Of a stretch of DNA of 64,000 nucleotides, positions 36,732 to 49,252 are shown piece after piece; position 1 is the first letter of the stretch, and each line of letters opens with the position of its first letter. The translations under genes were made by a program, and so were the position numbers. Source of the stretch: Eukaryota sp. GEM-RC1 (taxonomy: Eukaryota). Location: NCBI GenBank assembly GCA_040285855.1, contig JAUFOQ010000004.1, positions 682,001 through 746,000 of the forward strand, in the 5' to 3' direction. The notes below the pieces were generated by a model. That model saw nothing but the letters and a program-made list of their open reading frames with translations, had not been told where the DNA came from and did not search any database.

Positions 36732-37877
36732 ATGTCTTCCTCTGAACTACCAGAACTTCCACATTTAATACACACTGATTCCTTACCTCTATCATCCTCT
36801 CTACTAGATTTTTACAAAAATCGGGTCACTAAACTAGAAGATGATCTTTCCCAAGCTATTCACCTCATTCAACTAGCCAATCAATCAACCGATCTCTCTG
36901 CACAGCCTCCGCCCTTACAAAATGCCCTCTCTGATAATCTTTGTCTTCGCAGAAAGATCTTTGATTGTACTGAAGAACTTCACACTGTTAAAACTAGATA
37001 TCGTGAATCTCTCCTTTCAGTAATGGATGAACGAGAATTACTCATCAAAACAATAGCCGAAAACGACCGTTTAAAGGAGAAAGAAGTACAAGATCGTCTT
37101 CGAATCCAGAAGCTTCTAGACATCACTTCTCTAACTCGAACTTCTACTCGCCTTCCCCCTTCTCCAACCCCCCAACCTTCACAACCATCTTCTTTTGAGA
37201 CAGTCTCTCTATTGGAGCTGTATAAGGAACGTATTGACCTTATGGAATCAGAACGTAGTCAGCTGATTAATGATTACGACTGTCACGTGGATGAGTTAAC
37301 TTCCCAACTAAACACTGCTTTATCTCAATGTCAGGAACTTGAAAATCACAACAAACAGCTCACTGCTGATTATATTGCTCTCAAAAATGAAGCCTCCTTT
37401 AAGTTAAGAACACTAATTGAAAGTTACGAGAGTCTAAAAGCAGAATACAGGCAATCCCGTGTTGATAGCCGTGTTTTAGGATCTCAGATTGAATATCACT
37501 TGGAATCAAGAGAGAAAGCATTAGAGGATGAGAAAGATGAGGTGTTGAACACTCTGAGGAAGGAGTTGCTGAGGAAGGATACAGACTTTACCAGAAATAC
37601 AATTAAACTTGAAACCGAGTTGGATTTGTTAAAAGAGGAAAATCAAAAGTTAAGAAATCAAGCGGCTCATTTTAAAACTGAAGCTGAAAGGGCTGATCAA
37701 AGAAGAGTGTGGGCGTTTGAAGGATTTGAAAAGGATGTGTGTGATTTAAGGAAAAAGTTGGAGAAACTGGAAAAGGGAAAACGAGTTGAGGAATTAGAAG
37801 CAGATATATTGACTTTGGAACGGAAATTGGGAAGTAGACCAAGGAAGCGAACTAGAAGGAAAAGAAATACACGGTGA
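36732..37877 (+). CDS. CCDC77: Coiled-coil domain-containing protein 77-like (centriolar)
   Basis: PLS..LLDFYKNRV, ERE......ENDRLKEKEVQDRLRIQKLL, RR....EGF..D...LRKKL. Confidence 0.75.
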   Translation: MSSSELPELPHLIHTDSLPLSSSLLDFYKNRVTKLEDDLSQAIHLIQLANQSTDLSAQPPPLQNALSDNLCLRRKIFDCTEELHTVKTRYRESLLSVMDERELLIKTIAENDRLKEKEVQDRLRIQKLLDITSLTRTSTRLPPSPTPQPSQPSSFETVSLLELYKERIDLMESERSQLINDYDCHVDELTSQLNTALSQCQELENHNKQLTADYIALKNEASFKLRTLIESYESLKAEYRQSRVDSRVLGSQIEYHLESREKALEDEKDEVLNTLRKELLRKDTDFTRNTIKLETELDLLKEENQKLRNQAAHFKTEAERADQRRVWAFEGFEKDVCDLRKKLEKLEKGKRVEELEADILTLERKLGSRPRKRTRRKRNTR

Positions 37878-38053
37878 CTGCATTTAACATATTTAAAATT
37901 TCAAATATTGGTTGGATTGGTTCGTGAAATATTTGAATCGGAGACGAGTAGTGATGGTGATGTTGTCAAAAAGAAATTTTGATCTCACAGAATTTTATAA
38001 AATCCCCAAATGTAAAATACAAAATAAAATACAAAACATTAAACTAATTACAC

Positions 38054-40428
38054 TTAACCTTTTCTTGGTGAAACCCCAGTTCCAGATATTCTATAGGAAT
38101 TAGTTACAGATTCCGACGGCTTCCCAGACAATAAATTAATAATAGCTTGTCTTCTTTCCGCTCTATTAGGAGAAGACAGCGACAATGGCAATGACTTTAC
38201 CTTTACCTTAGACCTAGGGGAAGCAGGTATATCCATATGAGGAGTGTCCATAGACATGTTAACTAGTGACTGTTCAGGCATTCCAGCTGAGGAAGGTCTA
38301 CGTACAGATCTAGGTGATCGTTGGGTGAAACGGTGACTTCTGGGAGTGTACATAGCGTCAAGAGTTGTGGGAGAGTCACAGACATGCTCACCATGACAGA
38401 ACTCCCGACAACTCCTGCAATAATTAGGTTTCAAGGTCAACGAGTTAACTTGAGGCGGGGAAATGAAACCACGTGTCTGAGCTCTTCCTGTATGATTGAG
38501 TGATTGCGGAGTGATTGCGACTGAGAACTCTGATTGATTGGTTGAATGATAGGCATGTGGTCTTGGCGTTAAAGGTTTAGTCAGAGGTGCAGTGATTGTA
38601 TCCATTGGGTTGAGTAAAAGTCTAACAGCAGACAATACTGACTCTAAATGTCGTCTACGTTCTCTTTCCAGAGCTAAACGACGACGACTGATTTTAGAGA
38701 GCATGTCACGTGCACGAGCTTCTAGACGGTCAAAAACTTCTAAATTTTTAATTTGTTCTTTTGGAACAGGTGTGGATGACGGTAGAACTGACGAGGTAAA
38801 TTCCTTGGTCAGGAACTCTTTTGGTTGCATTGGATGAGGAGAAGGAAGAGAAATGTCCTTATGACGTGATGACGGTCGTGATTGGTCTCCATAATCACTC
38901 AGATTGCGCGAAGAAGGTCGATCTTCCAATCCAGATACAGGTCGCGATTCCAGTCTCGTGGAAGGTCTTGACAGGGATTCTTGTTGAAGTCGTGATTGCC
39001 TCTCATACTCCTCACGAGCTCTTCTACTTTCCTCTTTCAGTCTCAATGCCTCCTCTTCATGTCTTCGTAACTCTTCATCAGTTTCCTTTAGCTCAGAAGT
39101 CGAATCAATCATTGCTGACGTGGCGTTAACAAGATTCTGCTCACGTTGTTGTAAAGTATGATAATCAACTTCATCATAATTTTCAGCAATAGCAAGTGAT
39201 TGCGTCTGAAGCTTCTCAATCATTTCTGATTGCTTCTCCACCTTCTTAAACAAGTCATCTCGTTCAGTTTCCATTTGATCATATTTAGCTTGAACTACAG
39301 CGAGTTGTGTTTCCAATTTAGAAAGCTCATCTTTAAACTTATCTTGCTCCTCCTCTCTTGCTTTATCAATGGCAGTTTCGAGTTTGGTTTTGAGGTCTTC
39401 CTCTTCTTGTTGTTTCTTTTCAAGGAGTTCTTGCATTTGTTTGATTTGAGATTGACCTTGAGCGTCGGAGTTTTGAGCCTTTGATTCGAGGTGATCACGT
39501 TGATCGGTCAGAATCACGACTTGTTGATTGAGATCGTCGACTTGGGATTGGAATTTCTTTGATTCTGATTCTAATGTTGAGTAATCAGATTCTAATGACG
39601 TGAGACGGTCAGAAAGTCGCTTGACTTCTTCAGAAAGTTGTTGATTTTCCAAAGAAACTGTTGATTTTTCCTCTAATGCAACTGCCAGCTTTCCAGAAAT
39701 TTCTTCATTTTCTTCTGTAGTAATAACAAGTTGCTCCTCCAAATTTTTAATTTTGTTGCTACTTTCATTATACTCTTTTGAAACTTCTCAAAGTCCACCA
39801 TTTTCTGCTTCAACTCAGCATTCTCTTCAGTCAAACCTTGAATCTTTGATTTCATCTCAGAATTCTCCTCAATCACGTCAGCATTTTCCTCTTTCAACTT
39901 TGACAACTCCTCCACAAGTTCATCATGTTTACTTGCTCTGTCCTTCTCTTCTTTAATAACTACCTCAAGATCCTTGGTTCTGGCAGTCAATGACGTTATC
40001 TGACCATCCTTCTTCTTAATGTTATCAGAGAGCTTAGTACAATGGTCAATGTACTTGTTAAGTTGGTGTTGAAGATCACGTTCACGATCAAGAGCAGCCT
40101 TTTCATATTCTTTTGCTTTGGATTCGAGAGCCTTGGCCAGAGCTTCGTTGAATTGTTTCTTTAGGTTGTCAGGATCTCCATCAAAGGTAGGAGAGTATTC
40201 TGGGAGAAGATCAGGCTCGTAGCCGGGACCAAGACGAGCTTTTTGGAAGAGCATTTCTTTGAGGGCTACGAGTTGACGATAGTATTCTGCTCGTTGTTCA
40301 GACATTATTTTGGTGCGTCTAGAAAGTTGGTTTTTAAGAAACTCTATTTGCTGCACATGGTCTTCAGTAGAAGTGTTTCGAGGTTCCTGATCTTGGTGAC
40401 TTGCAGCTTCTGAAGCATGTGTCATCAA
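38054..40428 (-). CDS. Long coiled-coil protein with RPSS-rich C-terminus, function unknown (frameshift near 39776)
   Basis: Two long ORFs join by adding one A to CAAAAG; heptad-rich composition. Confidence 0.75.
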
Positions 40429-40510
40429 GGAGTGGGAGAGAGGAAGGTGGTGGAGACGGTTATGTTTTTCAACAAGAGATTTCTTCTTCTCAGTCAGTCA
40501 ACGACAGGCT

Positions 40511-42384
40511 ATGTCTTCCTATCCTGATCCTATTACAACTCCAGAGTATCGCCCTCGTAAGAAGAAGGGTGTCATTATTGGAATCGCTGCTGTTTTGGTG
40601 TTGGTTGTCATCGTCGCCTTAGTCCTTGTCTTCACTTCCTCATCTCCAGATCTAGATCCATCTCCTTCTTTTAAACAGCATCTATTCTTCCAAATGACTC
40701 TCACTGATTCCGCTAGTACTGTGTTTTTCATCAACCTTGAATCCTCGATTATCGTTCAGTTTTCTGACACTACGGCTCTCTATAAGTCACCTGACAAGGT
40801 CTATGACGTTTCCGTGAGTTCTATATGCAAGCCCTCGGATTCCTCTGATTTTCTTTTGTCTCCTAACAAATTGATTGTTGATCCTGACGTGAGCCCTAAA
40901 ATCGAATCAAAAACCTATCAAGACTCGTCATGTGATTTGTATCAAGTAAATGACAACTTTGTTTGTCTTCTTGATGGTTTTATTGTGTACTATTGTGAAG
41001 GTGACAAGGACAATTGCATGGCCTTTGTCAATCATACTCTGATTGATTCAAGTGACTCTGATCTCTTCTCATATGATTGGTATTGTGACAGTCAATTTAG
41101 TCTCGTCTTTTCTTCGGATGTGAGCTATAATGAATCGTCATTATTCCTGACCTTTGATGTAGAAAATCAACTAATTTCATCTACTTCAGGTGAAGATTCT
41201 TTTGTCTACCATGAAGGTTATTCCCATTTCTTTTCCTCTTCTGAATCTTGTGTTACTAGAACTATTCATGAACTTCCTTTCCCAAAGATCGTTGATTCAT
41301 TGAGTTTTGAACCATCTCAATTGATTGACAAAGAATCAACTGTAGACATTGATGACGTCACCTGTGCTCTCTACTCAATCAACGACATCGAGTACTGCAT
41401 CAAATCAGGCTTCATTCACCGTATTTGTTTTTCCTCCACCGATGAATGTGTCTTTTTTTCAGACCACAGTACTTCAGCTTCTCCCATTGATCTCCCCTCC
41501 TCCTGTTACACTGAACCCTTCCCTACTGTTCATCAAGTCTTTTCAGCGGGTCAGGAGACTAGAGTTGTGGGTGAGGAGGTTTCTACTCGTAGTGACGTGG
41601 CAGTGGATTTAATTGAGAAAGCTTATTCTTTTGTTACTGATGGAACTTTCAATTTTGTTACTAGTGGTATTGCTTACTGGGGTTCCAATGACGACTGTTT
41701 AAGTGATCATTATGATGACGATGACCTTGATTGGTTGATCTCTATTCCTGAAGTCTTTGATATTCTTGGAGTGGAAGTTGTTGATGGAAAAGAATGTGTC
41801 AAAATATCTCATAGTGAAACTGAATCAGTTGAAACCTGGATTTCAAATGACGGTTTCATAGTTAAACGCTGTGTTCCAGACTTATGCTTGACTTATTCTG
41901 ACTATGACGTCATCAATCCAGAAGATCCCAGACTTTTCTACCCAGAGGAATGTATACCACCTGCTGTCAATCAAACCATGATCTTTTCAGCTACGTGGCA
42001 CCTTGAAGATGACGTCACCACGACTACTTGGATTAACCTTGAAAAGATGTTCTTCATTACAATGAAGGTTCCAAAGCTATTTACTTAAGTGGAGATGATC
42101 TATTAATAGTAGAAGACGGGGCTTGTTCAAGGGAAACTTTGCCTTTAGAAGAACAACTTCTCAAGTTCATGACAGTACCTAGAATGTACTATGATGCAGG
42201 TTCTTCAGAGGAATGTGTTGGCTATTATTACTATGTAGATGGCAAGCCGGTTGTTAACTGCTTGGATTCTGATGGTTTTGTTGTCCGATTTAGTGTTGAT
42301 GGTATTGATGTAATGGAATTGAGTGATCACGAATTGATTGACTCTGATGATGACGTTTTTGTTGTGCCTGGTGCATGTTTGTAG
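40511..42384 (+). CDS. Type II membrane protein with about four Cys-containing internal repeats (frameshift near 42043)
   Basis: RKKK followed by an N-terminal TM helix; repeats of C.LY...C...GFI...C....C..F.DH. Confidence 0.75.
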
Positions 42385-42499
42385 TATATTTCTCTTGTAT
42401 AAAGTGTCTGTTTGTTATTGAAAACCAAATTCAGCATAATAAGTAGAGCCCAACAAACTGCAGTCATATTGTCTATCAAAAAACAGTGCTTATTCCATA

Positions 42500-43460
42500 A
42501 ACTGACACTAAAGAAAATTAAATAGACAGGTAAACCTACACAACATTCTCCACCACCAAACAAACTCTTCACGATATCATCAAAGTAATTGTTCATGGAA
42601 CGAATTAAGGCTAATACTAAACGATCTCTCCAAAAGCCACTGTTGAACTTTTTACCGAAATCATTACACAAATCCTTAAACGAACATAAGAGGTTATTAG
42701 CTGCAGTACCTAAAGTAACAGATGAAGAAATTGCAAAAGGTTGAAAAACAAAAGCATTGTGTCTTTGAGAGTTTCTGTTCAAAACAATCCGTGTGAAAGA
42801 AGAACTTTCTTGTCTTCAGCATGGTCAATGTCCGAAAATTCATCATAAAGTACTTTTTTGTTTTGATTATCAATTTGATCCTTTACAAGAAGAATATATC
42901 AGGGTTCATTTGCAATAGAGTGAAATAATGAATTTGCAATAATGATAAACAACTAACGGACACTTACTAGAGTATCTGAAATATGGTCCTTCTGTCCTTC
43001 AACGAACAACTTGCCTAAAATCGAATCAAAATATCTGTGCATGCTACTAACACAAACGTTCACCTAGTTAACCAAAAATTTCCATTGAAAACTTTACCCT
43101 ACTCAGAGCAAAATTGGCCAAAAGACCTTGTGCTGCTGGTTCAATATTACGGTAGATGGTCATGAAAAGGAAGAAATGTCGACATTTCTAATGGCTGAAC
43201 CACAACAGAGATGTACGTGTCAACATTCAATTGAATGCGCTCTTGTCGTACTCCAAGATCAGAAAAATCTTCATCAAATTTTGTTGAAAATTGACCTTGA
43301 ATTACAAGCATCGATAGTTAAAAACAGATTATGAATAGTAGACTGCGTGTGATCCACACAGTTTAAGAAAGTGGCACAAACAAAAGGAATTCCTTGCACA
43401 ATTGTAAATTTTATAGAAAAGGCAAATCTACTCTTCAAACAACAATGGATTAACATGTAA
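42500..43460 (-). mobile_element. Degenerate tandem fragments of the RLE non-LTR retrotransposon
   Basis: HNAFVFQPFAISS..GKKFNSGFWRDRLVLALIRSMNNYFDDIVKSLFGG (42500-42782) and a second end SMHRYFDSILGKLF near 43000-43050. Confidence 0.7.
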
Positions 43461-43699
43461 CAATTCAGAAAATGTAAGAAACTAAATTGTACGCTTCAAC
43501 AAAGGAAGTTCTAATAAATGGAACAACAAAAGGAGTTCACAATGTATGTTTCAGAAATGTTTCAGGAAGATTGTTCTGAAAATCGTAGCAATAGTATATT
43601 GCATTCATCTACACTTTTCTAAAATGCAATAAATTTTAAATAACTAAACAGATCATTCTAAGCCAGATTTTGAAACAAAAGCAACATAAAAAAGGCCAA

Positions 43700-44053
43700 C
43701 TATGAACATAGACGAAAACGTTTCACAGCCGGTTTTACAACTGACTTTTCACAAGGGATGGTTGCAAGAGCCGTCACTAGATCCTCTGGTTTTTCTGTCC
43801 ATAAACAATACGGTATACCAAGAGAATCCAGTTTCTGGGCTACTTCTAGCATCTTCGTTGTAGTTGGGACCTCTAGAACACAAGTGTGCTGGTTTCCATC
43901 TTCTTTCGCTATATAATGTTCAACATCCGGATGATTGCTGTTTTTCATTACTGCATTCACAGCTGCATGACAACCTTGGGCTATTTTGGCACCCAAAGGC
44001 CAAGAGCTGGTTGTTTCTCTGTTGATGAGGACATATTGAATTAATTCAGTCAT
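43700..44053 (-). CDS. PTRHD1: Peptidyl-tRNA hydrolase PTRHD1 (PTH2 family)
   Basis: QYVL..WPLGAKIAQGCHAA..VLEV..LWTEKPE...TALAT.P. Confidence 0.9.
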   Translation of the reverse strand: MTELIQYVLINRETTSSWPLGAKIAQGCHAAVNAVMKNSNHPDVEHYIAKEDGNQHTCVLEVPTTTKMLEVAQKLDSLGIPYCLWTEKPEDLVTALATIPCEKSVVKPAVKRFRLCS

Positions 44054-44298
44054 CAAGATTCAGAGTGAAATTGAACAACTTGAAACAAACACGAACCAGA
44101 ATGATCCCACTTCTACAGTGCACTTCTATTTGAATGGAGAAACACTTCCAATGACAATTGAAGACTACTGTTGGAGACCCTAACCCTTCTGAACGCGCTT
44201 GAGTTATCTATAGCCCGAAATAGAATCAAAGACAGGAAAAAGATGGATTGATGCAAAATTATCGGTCAGCCAACGTAAGTAATCTTTGGCTTTAATTA

Positions 44299-44497
44299 CT
44301 ACAATGGTCACAATATTTAGTCTCAGTGGAAATTTAGTCTCACTGAGACTAATTTATGTTTTGCGTCTTTTTCGACATTTTAGAGGCAAATTTCGATAGA
44401 TGAAAATTAGTCTCAGTGAGACTAATTTATGAATAGACCATTTTGAAACTAGGTTATGAATTAGTCTCACTGAGACTAATTGTTGTGACCAGTGTAG
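44299..44497. mobile_element. 199-bp TA-flanked MITE with CTAC...GTAG termini
   Basis: TIR CTACAMTGGTCACAAYAWTTAGTCTCAGTG; TA flanks; internal palindromic units TTAGTCTCASTGAGACTAA. Confidence 0.88.
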
Positions 44498-45044
44498 TAT
44501 ATTGCAATTATGAAAAACCTATTGAGCAGCAAAAATCGAACACGTAACTGCTTTATTTTTTCCATATTCAATTATATATAATTTGATAAAATGAAATACA
44601 CTAGTACTTATACATTGTCATACAACTGTGGGACTTAAAACCTCTTTCTTGAGATGATTCTAATTAATTTGTCAATGCCTATTACCGTGATTTCTAATTA
44701 GATAGTCCATAGGTCGCATATGAACACCGGTATTAACAATTTGGGAAAGTAGAAGTGTAACTAACAATAGAAACTGTTGTTTAACTTACATTTATTGGTT
44801 CAATCAAATCACATATCTACGGTAACGACCATCAGTTGAGTTCCCTAATGAAAAGTCTGGAAAATTTGAACATTAAAGTAAGGAATTCACTAAGATGATA
44901 GCTATCTAAAATAGTATAGCTACGTCAATTTCCATTCCTTATGTGTTTCGTACTAAAGTTTGAAGAAGAACTAACGGTTCAGCTGTTTAAGTCATGGATT
45001 AATTAAATATTGACCGTTCATTTTATCGTGTTTATTTTTATACA

Positions 45045-45190
45045 TGTACAGACTGGTATTTTCTGTTTTCAAGGCTATTCCTCAGATGCTGAAAAGAAGT
45101 CTGATTTGTTTAGGCGTTTATTAGGTGGAAAAGACGTCTGTGTTCCTGTCTGTAGGTAAAAGGGATTTTGTGGATATCGCTTTTTGAAAG
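45045..45190 (+). mobile_element. Possible very degenerate 3' end of an RLE retrotransposon
   Basis: Reads RLVFSVFKAIPQMLKRSLICLGV, similar to the terminal helix of the other RLE fragments. Confidence 0.4.
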
Positions 45191-45427
45191 AGTAGTTTTC
45201 TGTTTGTTGTATTATCTTTTTAGTAAAACCTCATTATTGCAACAAACTCTACTTTTTGTCAAAAATGTATGAATAGAAAGGTATAGAATATATACAGTTC
45301 TTGATTGCATTTCATTACAATTCTGGGAAAATACTTACTAGTTTCCCTAATAGTTCTAAATAATGACGACAATAAGAAAACTGAACCAAAAGCAAAGCAG
45401 TGAGGGCTGATTTTATAAGAAAATATT

Positions 45428-45880
45428 TCACAACAATTCAATAGATGAATTACGGTAAAGCAAACACCCAGCAAGATGGTAGTTGCCATTATTTAAAGAA
45501 CTAATTCCTCTTGTACAATCAAATCCAGGGTCTGATTCTTTGGTAACAGTTATTGAATTATTGACAAGATTAATTGTGATTTCAATGATTTCATTTGGGA
45601 GCCATTCTCCATTAGAGAATCCTGAATAATAGAAGTTATTGGCAGTACTGTAAAAACAAGAGCATATGACTCGTTCCAAACATCACCACTGCAATCAAAC
45701 TCTTTTCTAGGAATAATTCCAATCATTAGATGATTCCGAACAGACGAAGGAGTGCCATTCCTACCCCTAACTTTATAGACATTTCCTGTAAGAAGAGGAG
45801 TTTCTGAAAGAACATTTTTCCAGTCAGAACTTGGACCACTGTGAGTAACAGTTTTTCCTACATTTGAAATATGTAAATAC
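45428..45880 (-). pseudogene. 5'-truncated, frameshifted SPRY-only copy (copy 3) of the BTB-SPRY family
   Basis: ISNVGKTVTH..NVLSETPLLTGNVYKVR..EIIEITINLVNN..IELL; homology stops abruptly near 45875. Confidence 0.8.
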
Positions 45881-46485
45881 AATATATAGGGTTTGTTGAA
45901 GATTTATTTTTTCTCGATTCTAATGTTGACATAGACTCAATGGATGATGAATAAACAGACTCTTCGTCTGAACTCAATTTCAATGACTTCTATGATAGTA
46001 TTCGTCACTCTTTAAAAAGTAAAAGCGAAATACCTCTTCATTGCAAATATTGCTGCCAAAACCTGCATTTTGTACAACTTTTGTCGTAATAACAGTAATA
46101 GCAATTTGTTCAGTTATGAGATACAAGTACACCACAAGTTTGTGTTTTACTATAGTCTGAAGGTTGCATCAATGCAGCATCAAAATGAACACTAGTATAC
46201 TATATTCGATCACACTGCTGCTTTAATGTATTCAAAAATTGGCAAAAGAAAGTTAACACAAAGTGACTGCGGTAACATACTTCGCACTCGGTAACGCAGT
46301 ATATCAGTAATACTAATCACAAGTCTCAGTTTGTTTCTTGTTGTTCAGCTAAGTACAGTATACTGTCGGTAAATAAAGCCTAACATTCTCCACCAACCAC
46401 CAATCATTAGCGATCAAATCTATTACTCCAAATAAAATCAAGTGATTTATTAAATTTTCTTTACAACCCAAATATTTTGGTTTAA

Positions 46486-47295
46486 CTACAGAGCTTCTTC
46501 TATAACAGTATTAATACGACTCATTTCTTGTTTAGTTTCTTCACTTATTGTGCTCAATCTCGATCTCTCCCTACAAGTTCTATCTAAATCTCCATCGTGA
46601 AAAGCAGCAGTACCAATATTCCACATAATATTCAAATCATTCTGATACTTGAGTTGAGCTCCATGAAGGATCTCAACTGCACGTGTATTGTGACCTTGAA
46701 GCAGACAAGACAGAGCCTGTAGTTGTAGCAGCACTGGGGAATCAAGAAGCCCTTTGGTGGAAGATACGTTAAATGTCTCAACAATGTCAATAATGAGATC
46801 AGATAGCTCATTACCCTTCTCTTGGACAGCAGCTAGCCAACAACGTGCTAGGAAAACCAAGATGTGATTGGACTGCTCAGTACGCATCTGTTCTAGGATA
46901 GGAAGGGCAGCATCGGGTCGATGCATTGACAACAGTGTGAACAAAGTGAGGAATTTGCATTCCATTGTTGTACATGAAGAGAGAATCGTGTATGACTGTT
47001 CAAATTGTTTCTCCGAGATACAGATGTTGGCTTGGAGGATTATTGAGAGAGGGGAATAGATGGAACTTAACGAATCAAGAGCAGATGAAGCATCGTGGTT
47101 AAGATTATACTTGGCGAAGAAGGACAGTGCCTTTAAGTCATCGTCGTTTCTTTTTGAAAGATCTGAAACCACGAGGGACGCTTGACCTAAAGCGATACGA
47201 GCTCGATTGAGAGTAACAAGATCATGAGAGAGCTCAGCTTCAGCAACAGCGTGTGAATAATTACCGAGGAAGAAAAGAGTAAGTGCTTCAGTCAT
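46486..47295 (-). CDS. COPE: Coatomer subunit epsilon
   Basis: FFLGNY..A..EA, RARIALGQ..LV, LLSMHRPDAA...L..M, TPR-like helices. Confidence 0.8.
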   Translation of the reverse strand: MTEALTLFFLGNYSHAVAEAELSHDLVTLNRARIALGQASLVVSDLSKRNDDDLKALSFFAKYNLNHDASSALDSLSSIYSPLSIILQANICISEKQFEQSYTILSSCTTMECKFLTLFTLLSMHRPDAALPILEQMRTEQSNHILVFLARCWLAAVQEKGNELSDLIIDIVETFNVSSTKGLLDSPVLLQLQALSCLLQGHNTRAVEILHGAQLKYQNDLNIMWNIGTAAFHDGDLDRTCRERSRLSTISEETKQEMSRINTVIEEAL

Positions 47296-47488
47296 GTACT
47301 AGTAGTTGAACCCAAACAGAATGTATTTACAAAATTTTGCCTTAAAAACTGATCTTACTAATCAGAGGTAAAATACTAAAGTTCAAAGTACTAAAACAGG
47401 ACTTGTTTTGAAAGGATCAATAGATAACTTGGGATAATGCAAGAACTGCAAAATACAGAAATGTTAGAATTACAGTACATTGTAAATC

Positions 47489-48201
47489 TTAAATATTGTC
47501 GAATAAATTTTCCTTTTCTTCTGCAATTGGCCTCGGCGGATGTCTTCCCCACTGGTTGATAGATTCAAGATAACTAAAACTGGTAGGATCTCCTTTTCGA
47601 AGTTTGGTTTTGACAGAAGGTTCAACAAGAGATGATGGTGCTGCTTTTCGCTTTGGTCGCACTCTAGTTTCTGGAATGGGAGAGTCGAATTTGTTTTTTA
47701 GTGGAGTCTTCGTTCTTTGTTTGAGAGGAGTTCGTTTTTCAATTTTTGGGCTTGGAGATTCAATTGTTTCAGAACTTTCCATTACAGTCTTAATATCATT
47801 GATTTCTGTCTGATTTGCAGTTATTGGAGACAAACTTTGGTCAAACTCGACCAGGTTATCAGTATTTACAGAACGATCTTCAAGATGTTGTCGTTGTGAC
47901 TTACTGCAGGAAAAGTTGTCCTTGTAAAATGAAGTCAATTCAGAAAGAGCAGGGCTAACATGTTCTAAAGTGCTTCGTAATGAGTTGCGTTCTGTTTCAG
48001 CTGCTAAGAGGGTGTACTCCAGATCTCTGGTTTTCAATGTCGCTTCCTCAACCTGTTTCCGGAGTCTGGAAACTTCCATTTTGAGTAATGTAATGACTTT
48101 AGTGTTTCGCTGATGCATCCGAACCCAAGCTATGTCTACGATTAGAACAGAGTAGTTAGTTGGATACTGTCCTGTGATGATTTGGATCCTGATTCAGCCA
48201 T
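47489..48201 (-). CDS. Shugoshin-like protein; 32-nt intron 48136-48167
   Basis: N-terminal coiled coil and C-terminal basic SGO motif RPKRKAAPSSLVEPSVKTKLRKGDP; the intron links ATG 48201 in frame. Confidence 0.75.
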
Positions 48202-48341
48202 TTGCAACAAATTTGGGATCCAATAGATGTGCCGGGAAAATTGAACTTTCAAAAAAACTCCTCACTCTTCATCATTTCACATGAAACATGCTATAAAGCG
48301 TTCACAAACCGGATATATTAATAAATACACTCAAATAAATT

Positions 48342-49004
48342 CTAAAAGCACTTCTTGAAAGTTACACCACAAAACATTGCAACAATGATATACAAAAGAA
48401 CTAGGCAAACAAGAACAACCATCAACATAGACTTCACATTATCCCACCACATAGCCTTTCGAACTTGATTCGCTCGCTTATTAAAGGAACGAGCTGTGTT
48501 AGATAATCCTTCAGATCTATCAACCAGTAACTCTAGCCGCTCTCCACGATCCAAAATCTTCTCAATATTGGAGATGCAAACTGTTTGGAGGTCTGATAGA
48601 TCTTTTGATATGCGGGCAATATTGTCAGTTGGACTCTTGGTAAAGTAATCCATTTGTCTTTGTAAAACAGGAGCGAAGTCTCCCTGCATTTCATAATGTC
48701 TGGCACTTAGATGACGTTGCTGATAAGTTGCGAACCATCTACTTTTGATGTCTTCAAGGAAAGCGTAAGGTCGACGATTCTTCAAAGTTTGATCAGCCAT
48801 AACCATAAATACAAGAGAGTTTTCACAAAGGTAATGGAAGATGAAGTTATCGTGAGCATATGATGCCCGATGGTTCTTTTGGATATCTATGCGGTCAAGT
48901 ATTCTAAGAGCTACCTGTTTAAAGTTACCTGCACGAATAGACTTGTCAGTATAATCAGCGAGAAGGGTCTTCCCCCTTGAGACGAGTGCAAACACGAGAG
49001 ACAT
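48342..49004 (-). CDS. VAMP7: VAMP7-type longin R-SNARE
   Basis: Longin domain, NIEKILDRGERLELLVDRSE, MWW, C-terminal TM. Confidence 0.95.
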   Translation of the reverse strand: MSLVFALVSRGKTLLADYTDKSIRAGNFKQVALRILDRIDIQKNHRASYAHDNFIFHYLCENSLVFMVMADQTLKNRRPYAFLEDIKSRWFATYQQRHLSARHYEMQGDFAPVLQRQMDYFTKSPTDNIARISKDLSDLQTVCISNIEKILDRGERLELLVDRSEGLSNTARSFNKRANQVRKAMWWDNVKSMLMVVLVCLVLLYIIVAMFCGVTFKKCF

Positions 49005-49252
49005 TGAGAAAAGTGGTGTTTCCCAGTACTAATTGCCCAAACAATGCAATCATCATCACCGAACACGTGTTAATATCTGAACCCATTTCCTACTGATATT
49101 GAGTTGTGTACGTGTACAGTGCTTAACTCTTTTGAACAAAACACACAAACAATATCAGAAAAAATAACATTTCCAAATTACTGCTGTAAAAAAAACGGAT
49201 TTATGTGCGGAGAAAAACACATAATAAGTTAAGTACAAATAGATAAACACTA

